A stretch of 37,023 nt of DNA. Source: an uncultured Bacteroides sp. (GTDB lineage Bacteria > Bacteroidota > Bacteroidia > Bacteroidales > SM23-62). Shown one piece after another: positions 8,479-15,451 of this stretch. A program made the position numbers and the translations under genes. Under the pieces are notes generated by a model. It ran no database searches. It had not been told where the DNA came from and worked only from the letters and a program-made list of their open reading frames with translations. Each line of letters begins with the position of its first letter. Positions within the stretch are counted from its first letter, which is position 1. The stretch covers positions 1 to 37,023 of the forward strand of contig CAZVLG010000485.1 of assembly GCA_964627835.1 (NCBI GenBank). The letters run 5' to 3'.

Positions 8479-9990
8479 CTACTTTAAATTCTTCCTGAAT
8501 ACTTCGGAGAGATAATACCCGCCGGTTTTCTTGGACCCCGAGTATTCGATCAGGTTTATTTTCCTCAAGATGCTGATGTACCTTTCGATGGTCGCATCCG
8601 AGACATCCAGGTGTTTCCGGAGGCCGCCTGCCTGAACGCCTTCGTTCCTGTACAGGAAATGCAGCAGGGCAATCAGCTTTTCCTTTACTGCCCCGGACAG
8701 GGGTTCGATTGTTCCCTCGTTTATTCCCTTAATTATTCCCTCATTTAATCCCTCATTTAATCCCTCACTTATTCCCTCAGTTGTTCCCTCGATTAATCCC
8801 TCGCCTATGATCCGGATGTCCTCCTTCCTGAGCGGAAGAACGGTCGTAAAGATTGTATCTTCCTCGAAGGCAGGTTCCATTCCCCCCGAATAAATACTCA
8901 AATATTTGTTGACGTTCCGCACTCCCGAGCCGATTTCCTCTCCCCTTCCGAGTGCACGGAAAAACCTTGCAATGTTTGGATTCTTCTGGAAGGGCTCGAA
9001 GCTCCCGATACTCAGTTTCCGGTAGTCCCTCGGATTATTGGCGTTTTTGATCTCGACCCGGTCCTCGTAGACGATAAAGGTTGCCGTATGGGCATTGGTA
9101 TATTCCCTGTGCACGATCAGGTTCGCGATCACCTCCCTGAATATCCTTTCACGCAGGCTGAACCTGGTATCCCCCTCCATATGGAATTTATCATCAAGGT
9201 GTTTTGCCACGAATTCCATGAGCCGCTCGTAGGCCTCGATCAGGTTGGACTGTATGACCAGACGGTCGTCGTAGCGGTCGGTATTCACGATCCGTACCAT
9301 GGCGTCGATCCGGTACTGCGGAAGGATCTTCTGGATGACCTCGTCCTTTCCGAACAGGAGGGCGGCTGCCAGGGTGTATCCCCTTGTGCCGTTCGTAAAA
9401 TCAACGGTGTCCAGTCCCGCGGTCATCAACAATTCATCATCATCCAGTGCGAGCCAGGGATGGTCCGGGTTATTGCTGCGGATCAGGTTCCGGGACTTGT
9501 TGAGCAATTCCGGCCTGAGGTGCTCCCTGCCCAGGAAGGGATAGATTTTGTTCTCTGTGAAAAAGTTTCTTTTCCGGCTGTATATCTCGTCGATCTGCTG
9601 CCCCGTAACTTCCAGGTCTACATCCTGGACCCGGGTGAAGATCCGGCTGCCGTATTTGTGCACCTGGGAACTGATTGGCACCCAGAAGGCTATCAGGTTC
9701 TTGTCCCCGACCCGGAACCGCTCCGGATGCAGGATGAATGGCGGATTGATGATCGTTGGATTATTGGAAGCCTTGATGATCTCTCCCTCGTATTTGCGGA
9801 TGTTCCCCGGATCGATGCCTTTAAGTTCACCGTTGATGTTCACCCCAAGGACGATCAGTCCCCCTTTCGAGTTCAGGAATGCACACACCGTATCGAACAT
9901 CCGGTAGTCAAAGCCCGTCCTGCATTCAAAATACTCCAGCTGTGCCCCCCTCCCGGCCTCTAAATGCTCCTTTAATTCTTCAATCGTCAT
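8479..9990 (-). CDS. AlbA_2/Schlafen-like 'divergent AAA' + HATPase_c_4-like + winged-HTH protein (COG2865-type putative DNA-binding ATPase/regulator)
   Basis: Start moved to ATG 9988-9990 (MTIEELKEHL...), 17 nt after the upstream methyltransferase stop; the track's longer ORF would overlap that gene. Motifs: LEYFECRTGFD...VCAFLNSKGGLIVLGV (AlbA_2), REVIANLIVHREYT and KNPNIARFFRALGRGEEIGSGVRNV (HATPase_c_4-like), a tetrapeptide-repeat linker, and a C-terminal HTH-like tail (LRKHLDVSDATIERYISILRKINLIEYSG). Stop TAG 8479-8481. Confidence 0.8.
   Translation of the reverse strand: MTIEELKEHLEAGRGAQLEYFECRTGFDYRMFDTVCAFLNSKGGLIVLGVNINGELKGIDPGNIRKYEGEIIKASNNPTIINPPFILHPERFRVGDKNLIAFWVPISSQVHKYGSRIFTRVQDVDLEVTGQQIDEIYSRKRNFFTENKIYPFLGREHLRPELLNKSRNLIRSNNPDHPWLALDDDELLMTAGLDTVDFTNGTRGYTLAAALLFGKDEVIQKILPQYRIDAMVRIVNTDRYDDRLVIQSNLIEAYERLMEFVAKHLDDKFHMEGDTRFSLRERIFREVIANLIVHREYTNAHTATFIVYEDRVEIKNANNPRDYRKLSIGSFEPFQKNPNIARFFRALGRGEEIGSGVRNVNKYLSIYSGGMEPAFEEDTIFTTVLPLRKEDIRIIGEGLIEGTTEGISEGLNEGLNEGIIKGINEGTIEPLSGAVKEKLIALLHFLYRNEGVQAGGLRKHLDVSDATIERYISILRKINLIEYSGSKKTGGYYLSEVFRKNLK
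8712..8807. repeat. 12-nt x 8 in-frame tandem repeat inside the AlbA_2/HTH gene
   Basis: Eight consecutive units: ttccctcgttta, ttcccttaatta, ttccctcattta, atccctcattta, atccctcactta, ttccctcagttg, ttccctcgatta, atccctcgccta. They encode EGLIEGTTEGISEGLNEGLNEGIIKGINEGTIE on the minus strand. Confidence 0.9.
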
Positions 9991-10007
9991 GACAAGGGTT
10001 CTTCGGT

Positions 10008-10856
10008 TTAAATTGCGGGCCTTTCTCCCACGAATACCAGGTACTGGCGCCGGCGCCTCAGCAGGTAAAGGATGTATTCCACGTTTATGATGTAAAAGAT
10101 CCTGAAGACAGCAGTGCGGATTACTCCCTCTTCCCCGATCCCGGAGATCCATCTTCGGTAACCCCTGAATCCCCGGATCACCCGGTCCGTAATCTCGACC
10201 TTGCTGTGAAGCCGGAGGTCTCCATTTTGCAGATGTTCCATATAACGCTCCTGGTTCCAGTGGTGATGCACCATCCTGCCCTTCCAGAGCCTCCTGATGC
10301 CGATCCCTTTGGTTTTTTTGGTAGTCAGCAGGTCCGCAACCAGGAACTTCCCGCCAGGTTTTAGCACACGATTGATCTGCCTGAGGAAGGCCTCCTTGTC
10401 CGGGAAGTGGAAAGCAGCCTCGATGCTGATGACCACATCCATCGATTCAGACGCGATATGCTTCAGCTCCTGGGCATCATCGACCAGGAACAGCATATTC
10501 GGAATGTTCCGGATCTTCTGCTGGGTGGTGGCAATTTCAATATTGTCCGGGTCGAGGTCTATGCCGGTAACAAATGCCGGCTCAAAGTTCTGGCAGATGT
10601 ATTTCGCCTGGACCCCGTTCCCGCATCCGATCTCCAGCAGTTTTTTTCCCCTGATATCCCCGAGCAGGGAAAGGGTGAAATCCGTCAGGTTTGCCTGTCC
10701 CCCGATAAAGGAGGCTCCCTCCTTCCCTTCCATAGGGTAGTGGAGCATGGTGTACTGACCGTCCAGCCTTTTGAGGGTATGGTTCATATTCCTGTAATAA
10801 TGGCTGACGGAAGTGCCGGTTTTTACCAGGTCGAAAAACTGCTGAATGAGGTTCAT
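10008..10856 (-). CDS. class I SAM-dependent methyltransferase (small-molecule type)
   Basis: 282 aa. Motif I KLLEIGCGNGV, post-I TGIDLD, then MDVVISIEAAFHFPD and LKPGGKFLVADL. I saw no DNA-methyltransferase motifs (no DPPY/NPPY, no PC...ENV). Stop TAA 10008-10010. Confidence 0.8.
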   Translation of the reverse strand: MNLIQQFFDLVKTGTSVSHYYRNMNHTLKRLDGQYTMLHYPMEGKEGASFIGGQANLTDFTLSLLGDIRGKKLLEIGCGNGVQAKYICQNFEPAFVTGIDLDPDNIEIATTQQKIRNIPNMLFLVDDAQELKHIASESMDVVISIEAAFHFPDKEAFLRQINRVLKPGGKFLVADLLTTKKTKGIGIRRLWKGRMVHHHWNQERYMEHLQNGDLRLHSKVEITDRVIRGFRGYRRWISGIGEEGVIRTAVFRIFYIINVEYILYLLRRRRQYLVFVGERPAI

Positions 10857-11036
10857 AGTGGAGGGATTTGATCCTGCTATCCCTGGATGGGCAGATGATT
10901 TAATGAGGAATTCAGGCAGGAAAGATAATAAAGAAAAACGGATTTGAACATCCAGGCTGTTAAAAGATTACGGGAAAAGCGGGGGTTTGACTTTATGGAT
11001 TTATGTAGACATCTTGGATGAGTAAATCCAAAAGCC

Positions 11037-11293
11037 ATGAAAAAAGGAATTCTCCTCTTTGCAGCAATCTTTGCCTGGACGACCGCCGGTGCCAAGGTTG
11101 CGGTCCCCCGGCGGATCCGTCAACGGCACCTGAGCCAGGGCCGGTTCGCCCTGGCGTATCCTGGGTGAAATAAACATTGACCAAGGGGGGTACCCTCGTG
11201 ATTGAACCGGGTGTGGCGGTGGATTTCGACGGACATCGGGTGCACGTCGGGGGAATCCTTCACAAACCAGTTGGCCGGCAACCAAGGCTTTGA
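11037..11293 (+). pseudogene. possible decayed remnant of a secreted beta-helix-type protein gene
   Basis: 11037-11168 encodes MKKGILLFAAIFAWTTAGA... (Sec-type signal), followed by Arg-rich non-protein-like sequence and TGA. A different frame, 11174-11293, reads TLTKGGTLVIEPGVAVDFDGHRVHVGGILHKPVGRQPRL*, which resembles the first rung of a parallel beta-helix repeat. The remnant is cut short by the convergent gene ending at 11313. Both pieces are under 60 aa and so absent from the ORF track. Confidence 0.25.
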
Positions 11294-11312
11294 GCCTGAA
11301 GCAGGGCTTATC

Positions 11313-11915
11313 TTATTCAGCCAGTTTTACGATCTGGTCGACCGGGAGGCTGTTCACCATGTCCACAACCTCCTTTTCCGCTTCGATGCCCTCGGTGGAG
11401 AACGACAGGAGCGAATTGCCGAAGGGCATCTGGACATCGTACGATACCGTTCCCTCCTCATCGCCTGACCGGGTCATAAGGGCCTTGTAATTCTGTACCT
11501 TGATCCTTTTCTGGTCCGGAGATGAGCCCACGAAGGCCGGCATGTTGAGCAGGGATGTAATCCCGGCGAGCATGGGTGAATCGCTGACGATCTCGACCGA
11601 GGCGATCCGGTTTTCCCCGGCATAATCACGGCTCACATACACACCGGCGAAACCCGCTGATGTTCCCGTTACATCATCAAGGCTGTCATTGAATTTCAGC
11701 CCGTTTATCTCGGATGGCAAAATGGCAAGGATGTCCTGGCCGATGGCCTGATTGATCCCGTTCAATGCTTCCTGCAATGCGAATCGGGCATTTTCCAGGT
11801 TGCCGGATTTATAGGCAGATTTTGCTTCGTCGAGCCTGGCCTGGACGTCCTGGGACCGAAGAAGGGTGCAGGGGACCAGCACAAGCATGGCGGTTACGAA
11901 TAGTATTTTTTTCAT
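11313..11915 (-). CDS. secreted hypothetical protein, paralogue A of a tandem pair
   Basis: 200 aa. Signal peptide (MKKILFVTAMLVLVPCTLL). An N-terminal helix (ARFALQEALNGINQAIGQDILAILP) is followed by a mixed beta region. Its ATG overlaps the stop of the upstream paralogue (ATGA, 11912-11915). No family recognised. Confidence 0.7.
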   Translation of the reverse strand: MKKILFVTAMLVLVPCTLLRSQDVQARLDEAKSAYKSGNLENARFALQEALNGINQAIGQDILAILPSEINGLKFNDSLDDVTGTSAGFAGVYVSRDYAGENRIASVEIVSDSPMLAGITSLLNMPAFVGSSPDQKRIKVQNYKALMTRSGDEEGTVSYDVQMPFGNSLLSFSTEGIEAEKEVVDMVNSLPVDQIVKLAE

Positions 11916-12673
11916 TGTTCTCCCAGTTCTTTTTTGATTTTTTCAATATCGAATTCCCCGGCGGCGGACATGATCTCCTGCTCATCCGAAAAATTAATGC
12001 CGTTCAGGACGAAAATGGACGACTGACCGAAGGGCACGCTCAGGGTATAACCCGAGTAATCATCGTATTCCAGCACGCCGCGGTTTCCCTGGAAGGTAAC
12101 GGTTTTCTGGTTTTCCCCGGTCTCATAGGCCCCCATGCTCAAATACATGTTGATCGAAGCCAGCATCATCGCATCGTTGCCGATGGTCAGTTCCAGTTGC
12201 TGGTCGCCCCCCCGGTAAACCCGCTCGATGGAAAGCCCGGTAAAGCCCATGCTCATGCTCGAGACCCGGTCTTCTTCCGGGACCATGTCCAGTCCTTTCA
12301 CCGATTTGGGAAGGCCTTCCAGGACCTTCTGTCCCATTTCCATTTCTATTCCCAGAACGGCCTGCCTGACCGAGTACCGGGCATCGCTGTACTGTTTTTT
12401 GTCAAGGGAGGTTTCGGCAGAAGCAATGTTCTCCATCACATCGGGCGGGGTCGTGGTCAATCCGCCACCCCTGATGTTGGACGGGGACGAAGAAGAGGTT
12501 TCCTGCATCGTTGCCTCCTCCCCGGTCTCGCCTTCTTCACCGAAAATTCCCTCCTGGACCGTTTGCTTCGCTTTCTCCTTCAGCTTTTTCAGGGCTCCCT
12601 GGGCATGCGTAAGCTGAGCCGTTGAAAACAGCAGGACCAGGATAATACTGATGAAACTGCAGATTTTCTTCAT
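11912..12673 (-). CDS. secreted hypothetical protein, paralogue B of a tandem pair (extra acidic/Ser-rich linker)
   Basis: 253 aa. Signal peptide (ISIILVLLFSTAQLTHAQ), then a low-complexity EEGETGEEATMQETSSSSPS linker. The rest shares domain order with paralogue A (ARYSVRQAVLGIEMEMGQKVLEGLP...GFTGLSIERVY...ML..I...PFGQS...). Confidence 0.7.
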   Translation of the reverse strand: MKKICSFISIILVLLFSTAQLTHAQGALKKLKEKAKQTVQEGIFGEEGETGEEATMQETSSSSPSNIRGGGLTTTPPDVMENIASAETSLDKKQYSDARYSVRQAVLGIEMEMGQKVLEGLPKSVKGLDMVPEEDRVSSMSMGFTGLSIERVYRGGDQQLELTIGNDAMMLASINMYLSMGAYETGENQKTVTFQGNRGVLEYDDYSGYTLSVPFGQSSIFVLNGINFSDEQEIMSAAGEFDIEKIKKELGEQ

Positions 12674-12983
12674 AGGTCGATTATTTTAAGTATAAAAATC
12701 CTGTAATGTCTATCCGTACAAGCCTGTTTGGTAATGTGGCCTGGATTACCACGAGACCATTTAGGGGATTTGAACGCTGCTCATTCTTTCAGGGGCACCG
12801 TGGTAATTTGTGTGGGAACAATGAAAGCAATGGTAAAATTATAAATAAAAAACGGATCCTGAACAGGGGAATGGTTTTTAATTCCTGATGAAACTGCGGA
12901 TGACTCTGGTATTGGGTGCCGGGATCATTCCCCGGTAAAAGATGGTGGATGATAATAAATAATTTTTTGGCTATGTTTGGGAT

Positions 12984-15338
12984 ATGTTATCCGGTTTGGA
13001 AATCGCAAAACTTTCCCTGCTGGTCCCGGCCCTCCTGCTGGCGGCCAAGCTGTTCGCACTTGACACATTGAACTATGTGGCCAATGGTGATTTCGAGGCG
13101 GACAGCCTGAACTGGCGTCTTGTTACGGGCAACAACGGGTCGGAAGTGTCCTACGATCTGGAACGTACCCACCCGCTGTCCGGCAGCAGATCGGCACGGC
13201 TGATCATTAAGGGGAAGGGAAGCGACGCCTCGGATTCCCAGCTCAATACCTATTTCACAGTGCATAAGGACCGGCCCATCGTACTCCGTTTCGCTGTACG
13301 GGCCAGCGACAGTGTGCTTTTCAACCTGGAGGTCTGCCGGAATTATTCCCCCGATACCGCGCTCTACCGTAGCACCGAGCATGGACCGGGCCACCCTGCC
13401 GGAACCGCCGATTCGGTTTACCGGTTCGAGATGAGCCCGGTTGAATCGGATGGGAATTACCGGCTGGGCATTCAGCTAGGGAACCTGGATGCCGGGGATA
13501 CGGTCTGGATCGACGACGTGGAGGTCCAGCAGGCGGATTCGGCCTGGGACGGCAACATCATTCCCAACCCGGAATTTGACGAGTACCGGGACCCGGACCC
13601 GGATTTCCCGGCGTACCGGAAAAAACGGCTTTACTGGGGCAGCTCCCCGAACAATGAAGGTGGCTGGGAAGGGGGATTCTGTTTCGGATCCCCGACCGAC
13701 ATGGTGTTCGACATCGACACCACCGGCAAACTGTCGGGGAAGAATTCGGCCCACATCGTGGTCAACCAGAAATCGGGCACGGATTTCTTCAACGGGGCCT
13801 ATACGGTGTTCTACCAGTCCACCCGCGGGAAGTATTACGAATTAAGCTTCGATGCCGTGGCCACCGGCAACCTGCCCCTTTCGGTAGGCATGAACCGCCA
13901 GCCCTTCAGCAACCTCGAGTCGGACCCGGCCAATGTGGGTCCGCCGTACTACGACTACGCGCCCGACCGCTTCTTTGCGGACATCACCCTGACCACGGAA
14001 AAGAAAACCTATACCATCCAGGCAACGGAGCCCACACTGAACCTTTGCATGCACCAGGTTTTCTTTGCAAACTTCCCGGAAGGCAGTTCCGAGTTCTGGA
14101 TCGATAATGTGAGGCTCAGGGAGATCGGGGATCCGAACGAGCCGGGACCTGGAGATACCATTCCACCAGGCTACAGCGGCAATCCCATCATCCGGCACAT
14201 GTTCACGGCGGATCCCTGCGCCCTCGTCCACAACGATACGCTCTACCTGTTCACCGGGCACGATGAACAGAATACGGTATCGGAATGGTTCTACATGCGA
14301 AACTGGCATGTGTTTTCGACCACGGACATGATCAACTACACGGACCACGGGGCAAAGCTTTCCTATACCGATTTTTCCTGGGCCTCGGGGAATGCCTTTG
14401 CAGGGCATTGCATCTACCGCAACGGGAAATTCTACTGGTATGTCCCCATGACCCACAAGACAATAAAGGTCAACGAGGGATTTGCCATCGGGGTGGCCGT
14501 CTCCGACCGGCCGACCGGGCCCTATGCCGATGCCATAGGTGCGGCCCTGGTTACGGACAACACGCCCAACTCCGTCCCCCTGAACATCGACCCGGCGGTT
14601 TTTACGGATGACGACGGACAGGCATATATGTTCTGGGGTTCCTGGGGGGCCTGCCGAATGGTAAAGCTGAAGGACAACATGATCCAGATGGACGGTGCCG
14701 TCCAGGCCGTGAATGCAAGTAATTTTTTCGAGGCACCCTGGGTGCATAAACGCAACGGGATCTACTACCTCACATATGCCTCGAGGTATCCATCGGTCAT
14801 TGCATATTCCACCAGCACGAGCATCAACGGTCCCTGGGCATACCGCGGCATCCTGAACGACTACGTGGAGAACAGCGAGACCAACCACCCATCGATCGTC
14901 AGGTACAAATGGAACTGGTACTTCTTCTACCACAACGGCGCCCTGCCCACCGGGGGGAACTGGCGCAGGTCCGTCTGCGTCGACCTGCTTTATTACAATG
15001 AGGACGGGACCATGCAGAAAATCATACAGACCTGGGAGGGCGTCCCCGAATTGCCCCTCGGCCTCCCGGAGCGCAATGCGGCAAGAGAGACCCTTCTGAA
15101 GATCTTCCCCAATCCCCTGCAGGGAGGCCTGCTGAATCTGAAACTGCCGGGGGATTATGCCGGGGTGGAAGCAGAGATCAGGATCATTGAACTGGACGGA
15201 AGGACCGTTTTCAGGGATCTTACCCTGGGTGAGACTAGCATCCGGCTCGACCGCACCCTGGCACCCGGCCCCTACCTTGTCCAGGCCCGGTCAGGGAACC
15301 GCTCGCTCTCGGCCCTGCTCCTGGTGACAGGAAAGTGA
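12984..15338 (+). CDS. T9SS-secreted glycoside hydrolase family 43 enzyme with two N-terminal CBM-like beta-sandwich modules
   Basis: 784 aa with signal peptide. Two modules begin with NGDFE/NPEFD-type motifs and end in VWIDDVEVQQ and FWIDNVRLRE (CBM4/9/22-like pattern). GH43 core: GNPIIRHMFTADPCALVHNDTLYLFTGHDE...WHVFSTTDMINYTDHG...GFAIGVAVSDRPTGPY...NIDPAVFTDDDGQAYMFWGSW...FFEAPWVHKRNGIYYLTYAS. C-terminal T9SS CTD: LKIFPNPLQGGLLNLKL...IIELDGRTVF...GPYLVQA...LLLVTGK. Confidence 0.85.
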   Translation: MLSGLEIAKLSLLVPALLLAAKLFALDTLNYVANGDFEADSLNWRLVTGNNGSEVSYDLERTHPLSGSRSARLIIKGKGSDASDSQLNTYFTVHKDRPIVLRFAVRASDSVLFNLEVCRNYSPDTALYRSTEHGPGHPAGTADSVYRFEMSPVESDGNYRLGIQLGNLDAGDTVWIDDVEVQQADSAWDGNIIPNPEFDEYRDPDPDFPAYRKKRLYWGSSPNNEGGWEGGFCFGSPTDMVFDIDTTGKLSGKNSAHIVVNQKSGTDFFNGAYTVFYQSTRGKYYELSFDAVATGNLPLSVGMNRQPFSNLESDPANVGPPYYDYAPDRFFADITLTTEKKTYTIQATEPTLNLCMHQVFFANFPEGSSEFWIDNVRLREIGDPNEPGPGDTIPPGYSGNPIIRHMFTADPCALVHNDTLYLFTGHDEQNTVSEWFYMRNWHVFSTTDMINYTDHGAKLSYTDFSWASGNAFAGHCIYRNGKFYWYVPMTHKTIKVNEGFAIGVAVSDRPTGPYADAIGAALVTDNTPNSVPLNIDPAVFTDDDGQAYMFWGSWGACRMVKLKDNMIQMDGAVQAVNASNFFEAPWVHKRNGIYYLTYASRYPSVIAYSTSTSINGPWAYRGILNDYVENSETNHPSIVRYKWNWYFFYHNGALPTGGNWRRSVCVDLLYYNEDGTMQKIIQTWEGVPELPLGLPERNAARETLLKIFPNPLQGGLLNLKLPGDYAGVEAEIRIIELDGRTVFRDLTLGETSIRLDRTLAPGPYLVQARSGNRSLSALLLVTGK

Positions 15339-15339
15339 T

Positions 15340-15360
15340 CAGCCGTTAAAGGAACGGCTG
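15340..15360 (+). terminator. perfect 8-bp hairpin directly after the GH43 stop codon
   Basis: CAGCCGTT-aaagg-AACGGCTG starts 2 nt after TGA 15336-15338. No clear U-tract follows, so its function as an intrinsic terminator is inferred only. Confidence 0.35.
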
Positions 15361-15451
15361 CCTCGGGTTTGTCCGCATAACAAGCAACCCTGCCGGCCGT
15401 TTTAAATTAAGCAAAAAACTGCTAACTTTCTGACCCATCAACCCGGCGCTC

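Noticed and set aside
8712-8807. Whether the short tandem repeats could be a CRISPR array.
   Set aside because: The units are 12 nt, contiguous with no spacers, and in frame inside a coding sequence. No cas genes are present in the window.
9991-10152. N-terminal extension of the AlbA_2 ORF in the track. Similar extensions occur at 6102-6254, 16606-16803, 21747-21773, 23684-23773, 33330-33362 and 33558-33590.
   Set aside because: The extensions overlap upstream genes or lack signal peptides. In every case an internal ATG gives a clean signal peptide, lipobox or family-typical N-terminus.
12757-12780. tRNA-like GGGGATTTGAAC segment, which resembles the reverse complement of a T-arm. GGATTTGA also recurs at 10865 and 10943.
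   Set aside because: The flanking bases cannot form the T-stem or an acceptor stem, and no anticodon arm could be built. The motif is short and probably occurs by chance.
12706-12888. 60-aa plus-strand ORF in the GH43 upstream region.
   Set aside because: It has no signal or domain features and an odd composition (Asn/Gly/Arg/Phe-rich). It lies in an AT-rich divergent promoter region and is most likely non-coding.
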